A model generated the notes under the pieces. It was not told the DNA's origin, did not search any database, and saw only the letters and a program-made list of their open reading frames with translations. From the NCBI GenBank assembly GCA_964016885.1, contig OZ024740.1, forward strand, positions 53,320,001 to 53,384,000: a DNA stretch of 64,000 nucleotides, given 5' to 3'. The position numbers and the translations under genes were made by a program. The DNA is from Eledone cirrhosa. Its lineage: Eukaryota. Shown here in pieces: positions 42,390 to 55,592 of the stretch; the stretch's first letter is position 1; each line of letters opens with the position of its first letter.

Positions 42390-45300
42390 CATGTATGTAT
42401 ATATATATATACACATACTACTGTACGTCTGTATACATATATGTATGTACGTGTACACGCTTATATTTAAATAACAGCCGTACTAAGAATGGGAAATGAA
42501 ATTTCGTTTCATTTTATGCGTTTAACGTTTTCGGTTCACCCGGCCGATTGACCCACGCGATATGCAAATTGGGCTACTCAGCCGTTAATATGCATAAGGA
42601 AAGTATATACTTTCGGACGTTCAACTATCTGACAGGAAGGTATACGTTGCAGACGATAGCTAACAAGCTTGAAACTAGTACAGCGTTCCTTTGTCAGTGT
42701 TGAACAAACCGGCAACGGTGCTTGCTAGACACTACGGCTTAATACGGGATGTTTGTTTACAAACACACCTAGCATTATAATAAATGTTTGATTAATCCAT
42801 ACGTACATAGATATATGTGTGCATGTATGTACATATATATACATACTACTGTACGTCTGTATTCATATATGTATGTACGTGTACATACTTATATTTAAAT
42901 AACGGCCGTACTAAGTGTGGGAAATGAAATTTCGTTTCATTTTTAGTTTTATCGTTTTCGGTGCACCCAGCCGATTGACCCACTCGATATGCAAATTGGG
43001 CTACTCAGCCGTTAATATGCATAAGATAAACATATACTTGCGTACGTTCAACTATCTGGCAGGAAGGTATACGTTGCTGACGATAGCTAACAAGCTTGAA
43101 ACTAGTACAGCGTTCCTTTGTCAGTGTTGAACAAACGAGCAACGGTGGTTGATAGACACTACGGCTTAATACGGGATGTTTGTTTACAAACACACCCAGC
43201 ATTATAATAAATGTTTGGTGAATCCATACGTACATATATATATGTGTGCATGTATGTATATACATACTACTGTACGTCTGTATACATATATGTATGTACG
43301 TGTACATACTTATATTTAAGTAACAGCCGTACTAAAGTGGGAAATGAAATGGCGCTTCATTTTTCCGTTTATCCTTTTCGGTGCACCCAGCTTATTTGCC
43401 CACTCGATATGCAAATTGGGCTACTCAGCCGTTAATATGCATAAGGAAAGCATATACTTTCGGACGTTCAACTATATGGCAGGAAGGTATACTTTGCTGA
43501 CGATCGCTAACAAGCTTCAAACTCGTACAGCGTTCCTTTGTCAGTGTTGAACAAACGAGCAATGGAGGTTGCTAGAATCTATGGGTTAATACAGGATGTT
43601 TGTTTACAAACACACCGAGCATTATAATAAATGTTTGGTGAATACATACGTACATATATATATGTGTGCATGTATGTACATATATATATACATACTACTG
43701 TACGTCTGTATACATATGTGTATGTACGTGTACATACTTATATTTAAATAACGGCCGTACTAAGTGTGGGAAATGAAATTTCGTTTCATTTTTAGTTTTA
43801 TCGTTTTCGGTGCACTCAGCCGATTGACCCACTCGATATGCAAATTGGGCTACTCAGCCGTTAATATGCATAAGGAAAGCATATACTTTCGGACGTTCAA
43901 CTATCTGGCAGGAAGGTATACCTTGCTGACGATAGTTAACAAGCTTGAAACTAGTACAGCGTTCCTTTGTAAGTGTTGAACAAACGAGCAACGGTTATTG
44001 CTAGACACTACAGGTTAATACGGGATGTTTGTTTACAAACACACTGAGCATTATAATAAATGTTTGGTGAATCCATAAGTACATATATATATGTGTGCAT
44101 GTATGTATATATACATATACATACTACTGTACGTCTGTATACATATATGTATGTACGTGTACATACTTATGTTTAAGTAAATGCCCTACTAAGCGTGGGA
44201 AATGAAATTTCGTTTCATTTTTTCCGTTTATCGTTTTTGATGCACCCGGCCGATTGATCCACTCGATATGCAAATTGGGCTACTCAGCGGTTAATATGCA
44301 TAAGAAAAGCATATACTTTCGGACGTTCAACTATCTGGCAGGAAGGTATACGTTGCTGACGATAGCTAACAAGCTTGAAACTAGTACAGCGTTCCTTTGT
44401 CAGTGTTGAACAAACGAGCAACGGTAGTTGCTAGACACTACGGCTTAATACGGGATGTTTGATTACACACACACCGAGCATTATAATAAATGTTTGGTGA
44501 ATCCATACGTACATATATATATATGTGTGCATGTATGTACATATATATACATACTACTGTACGTCTGTATACATATATGTATGTACGTGTACATACTTAT
44601 ATTTAAGTTACAGCCGTACTAAGAGTGGGAAATGAAATTTCGTTTCATTTTTTCGTTTGATCGTTTTCGGTGCACCCAGCCGACTGTCCCACTCGATATA
44701 CAAATTGGGCTACTCAGCCGTTAATATGCATAATGAAAGGATATACTTCCGGACGTTCAACTATCTGGCAGGAAAGTATACGTGGCTGACGATAGCTAAC
44801 ACGCTTGAAACTAGTCCAGCGTTCCTTTGTCAGTGTTGAACAAACGAGCAACGGTGGTTGCTAGACACTACGGCTTAATACGGGATGTTTATTGACAAAC
44901 ACACCGATCATTATAATAAATGTTTGGTGAATCCATACGTACATGTATATATGTGTGCATGTATGTATATACATACTACTGTACGTCTGTACACATATAT
45001 GTATGTACGTGTACATACTTATATTTAAATAACGGTCGTACTAAGTGTGGGAATGAAATTTCGTTCCATTTTTAGTTTTCGGTGCACCCAGCCGATTGAC
45101 CCACTCGATATGCAAATTGGGCTACTCAGCCGTTAACATGCCTAAGGAAAGTATATACTTTCGAACGTTCAACTATCTGGCAGGAAGGTATACGTTGCAG
45201 ACGATAGCTAACAAGCATGAAACTAGTACAGCGTTCCTTTGTCAGTGTTGAACGGACGAGCAAATGTGGTTGCTAGACACTACGGTTTAATACGGGATGT

Positions 45301-48300
45301 TTGTTAACAAAGATAACGAGCATTATAATAAATATTTGGTGAATCCATACGTACATATATATATGTGTGCATGTATGTATATACATACTACTGTACGTCT
45401 GTATACATATATGTATGTACGTGTACATACTTATATTTAAGTAACAGCCGTACTAAAGTGGGAAAAGAAATTGCGCTTCATTTTTCCGTTTATCCTTTTC
45501 GGTGCACCCGGATTATTTGCCCACTCGATATGCAAATTGGGCTACTCAGCCGTTAATATGCATAAGGAAAGCCTATACTTTCGGACGTTCAACTATCTGG
45601 CAGGAAGGTATACGTGGCTGACGATAGCTAACAATCTTGAAACTAGTACAGCGTTCCTTTGTCAGTGTTGAACAAACCGGCAACGGTGCTTGCTAAACAC
45701 GACGGCTTAATACGGGATGTTTGTTTACAAACACACCGAGCATTATAATAAATGTTTGGTGAATCCATACGTACATATATATATATGTGTGCATGTATGT
45801 ATATATATATATATATACATACTACTGTAGGTCTGTATACATATATGTATGTACGTGTACATACTTATATTTAAGTAACAGCCGTACTAAGAGTGGGAAA
45901 TGAAATTTCGTTTCAATTTTTCGTTTTATCGTTTTCGGTGCACCCTGCCGATTGACCCACTCGATATGCAAATTGGGCTACTCAGCCGTTAATATGCATA
46001 AGGAAAGCATATACTTTTGGAAGTTCAACTATCTGGCAGGAAGGTATACGTGGCTGACGATAGCTAACAAGCTTGAAACTAGTACAGCGTTCCTTTGACA
46101 GTGTTGAACAAACGAACAACGGTGGTTGCTAGAATGAAGGGCTTAATACAGGATGTTTGTTTACAAACACACCGAGCATTATAATAAATGTTTGGTGAAT
46201 ACATACGTACATATATATATGTGTGTGCATGTATGTATATATATATATACATACTACTGTACGTCTGTATACATATATGTATGTACGTGTACATACTTAT
46301 ATTTAAATAACAGCCGTACTAAGATGGGAAGTGGAATTTCGTTTCATTTTTTCCGTGTATCGTTTTCGGTGCTCTGCCCGAATGACCCACTCGATATGCA
46401 AATTGGGCTACTCAGCCGTTAATATGCATAAGGAAAGCATATACTTTCGGACATTCAACTATCTGGCAGGAAGGTATACGTTGCTGACGATAGCTAACAA
46501 GCTTGAAATTAGTACAGCGTTCCTTTGTCAGTGTTGAACAAACGAGCTACGGTGGTTGCTAGAATGAAGGGCTTAATACAGGATGTTTGTTTACAAACAC
46601 ACCGAGCATTATTATAAATGTTTGGTGAATACATACGTACATATATATATGTGTGTGCATGTATGTATATATATATATATACATACTACTGTACGTCTGT
46701 ATACATATATGTATGTACGTGTACATACTTATATTTAAATAACAGCCGTACTAAGATGGGAAGTGGAATTTCGCTTCATTTTTTCCGTATATCGTTTTCG
46801 GTGCACCCGGCTGATTGACCCACTCGATATGCAAATTGGGCTACTCAACCGTTAATATGCATAAGGAAAGCATATACATTCGGACGTACAACTATCTGGC
46901 AGGAAGGTATACCTTGCAGACGATAGCTAACAAGCTTGAAACTAGTACAGCGTTCCTTTGTCAGTGTTGAACAAACCGGCAACGGTGGTTTCTGGACACT
47001 ACGGCTTAATACATGATGTTTGTTTACAAACACACCGAGCATTATAATAAATGTTTGGTGAATCCATACGTACATATATATATATGTGTGCATGTATGTA
47101 TATACATACTACTGTACGTCTGTATACATATATGTATGTACGTGTACATACTTATATTTAAGTAACAGCCGTACTAAAGTGGGAAATGAAATTGCGCTTC
47201 ATTTTTCCGTTTATCCTTTTCGGTGCACCCGGCTTATTTGCCCACTCGATATGCAAATTGGGCTACTCAGCCGTTAATATGCATAAGGAAAGCATATACT
47301 TTCGGACGTACAACTATCTCGCAGGAAGGTATACGTGGCTGACGATAGCTAACAAGCTTGAAACTAGTACAGCGTTCCTTTGTCAGTGTTGAACAAACGA
47401 GCAACGGTGGTTGCTAGACACAACGGCTTAATACGGGATGTTTGTTTACAAACACACCGAGCATTATAATAAATGTTTGGTGAATCTATACGTACATATA
47501 TATATGTGTGCATGTATGTACATATATATACATACTACTGTACGTCTGTATATATATATGTATGTACGTGTACATACTTATATTTAAGTAACAGCCGTAC
47601 AAAGAGTGGGAAGTGAAATTTCGTTTCATTTTTTCCATATATCGTTTTCGGTGCACCCGGCTGATTGACCAACTCGATATGCAAATTAGCTACTCAGCCG
47701 TTAATATGCATACGGAAAGCATATACTTTCGGACGTACAACTATCTGGCAGGAAGGTATGCCTTGCAGACGATAGCTAACAAACTTGAAACTAGTACAGC
47801 GTTCCTTTGTCAGTGTTGAACAAACCGGCAACGGTGGTTGCTAGACACTACGGCTCAATACAGGATGTTTGTTTACAAACACACCGAGCATTATAATAAA
47901 TGTTTGGTGAATCCATACGTACATATATATATGTGTGCATGTATGTATATACATACTACTGTACGTCTGTATACATATATGTATGTACATGTACATACTT
48001 ATATTTAAGTAACAGCCGTACTAAAGTGGGAAATGAAATTGCGCTTCATTTTTCCGTTTATCCTTTTCGGTGCACCCGGTTTATTTGCCCACTCGATATG
48101 CAAATTGGGCTACTCAGCCGTTAATATGCATAAGGAAAGCATATACTTTCGGACGTACAACTATCTCGCAGGAAGGTATACGTGGCTGACGATAGCTAAC
48201 AAGCTTGAAACTAGTACAGCGTTCCTTTGTCAGTGTTGAACAAACGAGCAACGGTGGTTGCTAGACACAACGACTTAATACGGGATGTTTATTTACAAAC

Positions 48301-50553
48301 ACACCGAGCATTATAATAAATGTTTGGTGAATCCATACGTACATATATATATGTGTGCATGTATGTACATATATATACATACTACTGTACGTCTGTATAT
48401 ACATATGTATGTACGTGTACATACTTATATTTAAGTAACAGCCGTACTAAGAGTGGGAAGTGGAATTTTGTTTCATTTTTTCCGTATATCGTTTTTGGTG
48501 CACCCGGCTAATTGACTAACTCGATATGCAAATTGGGCTACTCAGCCGTTAATATGCATAAGGAAAGCATATACTTTCGGACGTTCAACTATCTGGCAGG
48601 AATGTATACGTTGCTGACGATAGCTAACAAGCTTGAAACTAGTACAGCGTTCCTTTGTCAGTGTTGAACAAACGAGCAACGGTGGTTGCTAGACACTACA
48701 GCTTAATACGGGATGTTTGTTTACAAACACACCGAGCATTATAATAAATGTTTGGTGCATCCATACGTACATATATATATGCGTGCATGTATGTATATAT
48801 ATACTACTGTACGTCTGTATATATATATATGTATGTACGTGTACATACTTATATTTAAGTAACAGCCGTACTAAGAGTGGGAAGTGGAATTTCGTTTCAT
48901 TTTTTCCGTATATCGTTTTCGGTGCACCCGGCTGATTGACCCACTCGATATGCAAATTGGGCTACTCATCCGTTAATATGCATAAGGAAAGCATATACAT
49001 TCGGAAGTACAACTATCTGGCAGGAAGGTATACCTTGCAGACGATAGCTAACAAGCTTGAAACTAGTACAGCGTTCCTTTGTCAGTGTTGAACAAACGAG
49101 CAACGGTTATTGCTAGACACTACGGGTTAATACGGGATGTTTGTTTACAAACACACCGAGCATTATAATAAATGTTTGGTGAATCCATACGTACATATAT
49201 ATATGTATGTACATATATATATACATACTACTGTACGACTGTATACATACATATGTATGTACGTGCACATACTTATATTTAAATAACGGCCGTACTAAGT
49301 GTGGGAAATCAAATTTCGTTTCATTTTTTCGTTTGATCGTTTTCGGTGCACCCAGCCGATTGACCCACTTGATATGCAAATTGGGCTACTCAGTCGTTAA
49401 TATGCATAAGGAAATCATATACTTTTGGACATTCAACTATCTGGCAGGAAGGTATACGTGGCTGACGATAGCTAATAAGCAAGCTTGAAACTAGTACAGC
49501 TTTCCTTTGTCAGTGTTGAACAAACGAGCAACGGTGGTTGCTAGAATCAACGGCTTAATACAGGATGTTTGTTTACAAACACACCGAGCATTATAATAAA
49601 TGTTTGGTGAATCCATACGTACATATATATATGTGTGTGCATGTATGTACATATATATATATACTACTGTACGTCTGTATACATATATGTATGTACGTGT
49701 ACATACTTATATTTAAGTAACAGCCGTACTAAGAGTGGGAAATGAAATTTCGTTTCATTCTTTCGTTTTATCGTTTTAGGTGCACCCTGCCGATTGACCC
49801 ACTCCATATGCAAATTGGGCTACTCAGCCGTTAATATGCATAAGGAAAGTATATACTTTCGGACGTTCAACTATCTGGCAGGAAGGTATACGTTGCTGAC
49901 GATAGCTAACAAGCTTGAACCTAGTACAGCGTTCCTTTGTCAGTGTTGAACAAACCGGCAACGGTGGTTGCTAGACACTACGGTTTAATACGGGATGTTT
50001 GTTTACAAACACACCGAGCATCATAATAAATGTTTGGTGAATCCATACGTACATATATATATGTGTGCATGTATGTACATATATATACATACTATTGTAC
50101 GTCTGTATACATATATCTATGTACGTGTACATACTTATATTTAAGTAACAGCCGTACTAAGAGTGAGAAATAAAATATCGTTTCATTTTTTCGTATTATC
50201 GTTTTCGGTGCACCCTGCCGATTGACCCACTCCATATGCAAATTGGGCTACTCAGCCGTTAATATTCATAAGAAAAGCATATACTTTCGGACGTTCAACT
50301 ATCTGACAGGAAGGTATACGTTGCTAACGATAGCTAACAAGCTTGAAACTAGTACAGCGTTCCTTTGTCAGTGTTGAACAAACGAGCAACGGTGGTTGCT
50401 AGAATATACGTGTTAATACAGGATGTTTGTTTACAAATACACCGAGCATTATTATAAATGTTTGGTGAATCCATACGTACATATATATATGTGTGTGCAT
50501 GTATGTACATATATATACATACTACTGTACGTCTGTATACATATATGTATACA
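34359..50553 (+). repeat. About 16-kb tandem array of about 425-bp units (about 37 hammerhead-bearing copies) with an inverted partial unit at the left end; retrozyme-like satellite
   Basis: 37 HHR positions counted by eye from 34791 to about 50360. 34359-34512 is inverted relative to the array and abuts (TA)n. Confidence 0.93.
36198..36240 (+). ncRNA. Type I hammerhead ribozyme (representative of the 425-bp array)
   Basis: ACGTTG-CTGACGA-tAGCT-aaca-AGCTt-GAAA-CTAG-TA-CAGCGT. GUA site after 36234; stem I is extended by CTGRCAGGA/TCCTTTGTCAG. Confidence 0.9.
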
Positions 50554-50559
50554 TATGCA

Positions 50560-52125
50560 AGTGTGCCTTAGCAAGGCCACTTAGGATTCTCTGGATAGCG
50601 GTAAACTACTCAGAGTGCTAAATAAAAAAATGCATAATATAGCCTACCCATAAAAGAGGAAGCAGAGCTGAGGCTAAAAACTACAGGCCAGTCTCTCACC
50701 TCACATATCAGTAAGGTCATGGAACGAATTATCAGAAAGAAACTGATCACGTTCCTCGAGGAAAATGACCGCCTAACTAACATTCAGCATGGCTTTCGCC
50801 CGGGAAGAAGCTGCCTTACACAGCTTCTACAAAACTATGATTGGGTACTGAAACAACTACTAGTCAGCTCAAATGTGGACGTGATATATCATGATTTTTC
50901 GAAGGCCTTCGGCAAGGTCGACTATGAAATGATATGTCACAAACTACACAGACACGGCATAACTGGAAAAGTAGGTGAATGGCTGCATGACTTCTTAAAA
51001 TACAGAACCCAGACTGTTGCAGCCAACAGAGTCCTCTCAAAGGAAACATTAATAACAAGCGGGGTGCCCCAGGACATTGTCTTTGGACCAGTATTGTTTT
51101 TGGTGGCTCTTTCAGACATGACCTCTGTAGTACATACAACATCGCTCACTAGCTATACTGATGACACAAAGTTAGCACAGGTAATCAAGAACCCGGCTGA
51201 CGCTCCTCTTTTACAAGATATGGGTGCCATATATAAATTTAGCTGAGAACAACATGCAATTTAATGCTGGAGAATTTCAAGCCCTACTATATCATCCTGC
51301 TTTCACAAGGACAGTACAGCAAAGTTACAGCAGACCAGGAGGGATCGAAATCCCCGTGTCGAAATTGATACGAGACCTGCGAATATACATGAGCGACGAT
51401 GAAACGTTTCTTTCACACATCAGAAAAATGGCGACAATGTGCAGATGACTCACTGGCTGAATCTTGAGGACTTTTAAAACGAGAGAACGAGAAACCATTT
51501 TGGTACTATGGAAGACATTTGTGCATTTGTCCTAAGCCGACTGGTCTATTGCTCCCAACTGTGTTCACCCCATAGTATTAAACTAACAACTGAGTTTGAA
51601 GTAATCCAACAAAGCTACACCAAGAGGATTGCCACGATGAAGGGATGAGCTACTGGGAGAGGCTAAAAGAACTAAAACTCTACTCCCTGGAACGAAGGCG
51701 GGAGAGTTACGTAGTGATAAACACATGGAAGATCATGGAAGGACTAGCACCAAACTTTGGCATTGAGAGCTGGACCAACTTTCCAACATGACGTTTCTGT
51801 GTGGTGCCAAAGTTCACGCCTTTCACATATAGAGTAAGGAGAGATATTGCCATAATCTGGGGTTCAAAGGTCCGCAACTCTTTAATAAGCTGCCAAGAAA
51901 ATTGAGACATCTGCATGGTGTGGACGTGGAAATATCTTGACACTCTGCTATCCAGGATCCCATATGAAATCACAGCACGGAACGAAGGTAACCCAAGGGC
52001 AGCAGCAAAGGACACCCTCTTACATCAATGGCTAGCTAATGCATGCTGAATATAGAAAGTGTAGCAACAAAGGCGCTGCCCCAGCGTGGGCACAGTCGGA
52101 TCGATGGAACAGGTAAAAGAATATA
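50560..52125 (+). mobile_element. Decayed CR1/Jockey-group LINE, RT region and 3' end
   Basis: HKRGS...KNYRPVS, QHGFRPGRSCLTQLL, DFSKAFGKV, SGVPQD, YTDDTKL, NNMQFN, LYSLERRRE. Multiple frameshifts and stops; end coordinates are approximate. Confidence 0.88.
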
Positions 52126-52152
52126 CCATAAATACATGCCATACACACACAC

Positions 52153-52212
<60 letters not shown>

Positions 52213-53467
52213 GTTTATATATTATATATACATATATTTATTATGTACTGACTTAGTAGCGTTGAGAAAGGGGGATACGTGTGTATAAAATATATTATGC
52301 AAATGTCACGTAAACTGGAGTCAATAATATTCGTTTATTAAGTGTTATATGTAAGAGAGAGCTAAGCCTTTGGTAGAATCAAGTGCAGTTGTATAACACA
52401 GAAACACAGAGGGTGGAAATGTGTGAAATATCAGTATGATGGATCCTCTCTTTTGCTCTATTACTCACGCTTAGTCTATAAATCTACTATACCTTCTTTC
52501 CCGTTCTCATTCTTACTCTTTTAACTCACACCACCCCACACACACACTTCTAACTTCACATATATCTATTGTCATCATTTCTTCTTTCTTATTTCGTTTT
52601 CTCAACTGTAGCTTTGCGGTCTAATGATAAAACCTCTATTTTTCTCTCACCAACATAAGGATATATGTCTGAAATGTTAAACATCTCTTCTCTATTTACG
52701 ATCTAAAATATATTCTACTCTTTGAATTATTCGTATTACTTTTTACCAATGCAAAACATCAATACTATCCACGGATTCTACTCTTATATTAAGTCACCAG
52801 AAGTTGAGACTTTTGGGTTTTGCTCGAAGTTTTAATTCATCAAAATAATACGCACGATATCACGTCTGATATTTAATTCGATTTCCTAAGTTTCTGCAGT
52901 GAAGTTAATTAAGGAAAATAATCAGAAACAAATCATCTTACGGCTATTAATTAATTTCACTCATAACTAATTATATTAAATAAGCCGATTCCACATATTC
53001 ACACGTAAATTTAGAATAATATAAGAATGTAAGTCTTCAGTATATTAAAGTCTAAATATACTTAAATTTAGCCTAAAAAAATTTCAATAAATAATTCAGA
53101 TTCTAAAACTATTAAAACAATTAAACAACCATAAACGTTAAGAGACGCAGGTATTATTTGTGTTGATGTGTGTAGATGAATATGTGGATAGATATACATG
53201 CATACATCTAGATAGAGATAGGTATAGTGCTCGATATATGAGTTATATATATAGATAATACAAATATAAATAGATTGATGGACATATGAGTTAGATACAA
53301 AAATAGATATAAACAAATGTAGATAGATAGGTGTAGGTATATGATACATAAGTAGATTATGTATAGACAAACAAAGATAGACAAATGAATTGGTTATAGA
53401 TAGACAGAACAGGTAGAATGACATAATACAGTTTTGATATATACGTAATATTAAACACAAGTTTCCG

Positions 53468-53620
53468 ATCTAAATTCAAATCCTGCCGAGGTTAGTTTTG
53501 CCTTTCAACCTTACGAGGTCGATAAAATAAAGTACCAGTAATGCACTGGGGTCAATTTAATCGTATTTCCCCTCCCCGCCAAAATTGTTGGCTTTGTACC
53601 CAAATCGGAAACCAATATTA
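53468..53620 (+). mobile_element. tRNA-derived SINE, 5'-eroded copy
   Basis: Same core as 5462-5635 and 61505-61680. Confidence 0.75.
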
Positions 53621-54326
53621 AACACAAAGTAATACTTGCAATATTGTGGTAACATTTCACCTCAAGCATATGACGCGTTTAAATTAGAGAAGTTAAAACA
53701 TTTTAACCGACAAGCTGATGGTTCGACATAGCCTACACTCATTTAGAAGTATTTATGCTTTTATTAGTTTTATTCTTTTACTGGTTTCAATCATTGGTCT
53801 TCAGCAATGCTGGAGTAACACCATAAATAGTTTCATCAGCCATAACGACTATGTACATATTTATTTCTAGTAGAACTTAAACAGTTAAAAAATATAAAAA
53901 AAAGCACAATCAGAGCGGAATTGGGAGTAAAAACAACAGAATAAAGCGCGAGTTAACGAGGTGTCCTTTACTTGCTCGCTCGATTCGCAAGAAATAGCAA
54001 ACCAATCTTTCTCAAATCACAGTTATCCTTCTTAAATATGGGTAGTTTCATTGGACAATGTAGTTCTGGTATATGTAAAAAAAGGCAGGATGATACACAA
54101 AAGGTGAAAGTCTGAATACCTGTGATCATCAGTTTGCTCGATCGTAGATCATAGGAGGGTAAACAACAATTAAAACAACTATTGTCTGTAACGTATATTA
54201 ATTTTAATTGGTTACGGTATTACATATTAGGATTTGGTCTCATGGAGCTGTAACTTGGCTTAATGAAACGAGTGTGTCTGTGTGTGAGACAGAGATAGAG
54301 ATAGACAGAAAGAGAGAGATAGTGAT

Positions 54327-54375
<49 letters not shown>

Positions 54376-55235
54376 GAGAGAGAGAGAGAGAGAGAGAGAG
54401 AAAGTGCGCGTGTGAAAGGGAGAGGCAGAGATAAGTTAGTTTTGAAACTTATTGCGGATGAGATGCTAATGTATTGTATGTTTCTATGGATTTTGCTGTT
54501 TCATGGAACTAACACTTGGCTTAGATTCTATAGACTTAAGGAAGCATCTGTGCGTGTGATTTAGATCGATCGATCGATCTATCGATAGATACATTTTTTT
54601 TTTTTAATTTATAGATAGATAGACGGATAGACAGTGAGGGAATGATAAAAGGAGAGTGTGGGAGAAAGATTGAGAGAGAAGTGGAGTGGAGAAAATAACA
54701 CACACAAATAATAGAGTGTAGTTACTTCTTGAGGTGTTAATTTATTGCATGTTTCTAACTTAAAATAGAGAGTGCAGACATAATTCTGGCTTGAAGCTCT
54801 TCACGAAACTACAAGAACAAGTATTTAGTCCCGTGGACTAGTAGCATGTAAAGAACTGCACATATAGGTTCTGGATAAGTCATTTAATTATTTTACCGAC
54901 TTCTGACAGATTAAATTAAATGTCAATATCTGTGTGATTTGAAACTACCAAACTATATGAACAACGATCTTTTTTATTAGTATGCCTATATTTATTTTCT
55001 CACTAATTTTCTTTTCTCAGAGAACTACACATTAAACTCAGTCTTTGTCTTCAGAAATAACCAAACGTATAACCTTTCTTCAACGAAAAATAAAAGTAGA
55101 AAAAACTGATTATTTTAAAACAAAACGGAAAGTCTTTCGGAAAAAATGAAATAAAAAAAGAAAAAGTTTTAAATATCAAGTTCATTTAAAAACAAACGAC
55201 AGAAATTAATCAAATTTGAAAAAATTACGCTTCAT

Positions 55236-55238
<3 letters not shown>

Positions 55239-55323
<85 letters not shown>

Positions 55324-55533
55324 AATATGTGCGCGTCTACATGCATATGTATATATATATATATACATATATATATATGCACATATATATATATACATAT
55401 GTATATATATATATATATATATATAAATATATATATATGCATATATATAAATATATATATATATGTGCATATATATATATATAAATACATATATATATGC
55501 TTATATATATATATATATAGATAGATATATATG

Positions 55534-55590
<57 letters not shown>
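55239..55590. repeat. (CT)n-(TA)n compound microsatellite
   Basis: Direct reading. Confidence 0.95.

Positions 55591-55592
<2 letters not shown>

Noticed and set aside
34405-49488. Recurring 60-120 aa ORFs in the 425-bp array (and in the 466- and 622-bp units)
   Set aside because: Starts, stops and frames vary between units, and there is no recognisable domain. Conservation is better explained by RNA structure.
34359-50553. CRISPR-like or rDNA/snRNA gene array interpretation
   Set aside because: Whole units repeat with no unique spacers, there are no cas genes, and there is no recognisable 5S, tRNA or snRNA sequence.
51158-51175. CTGATGA inside the LINE relic
   Set aside because: It simply encodes the RT YTDD motif and has no HHR stems.
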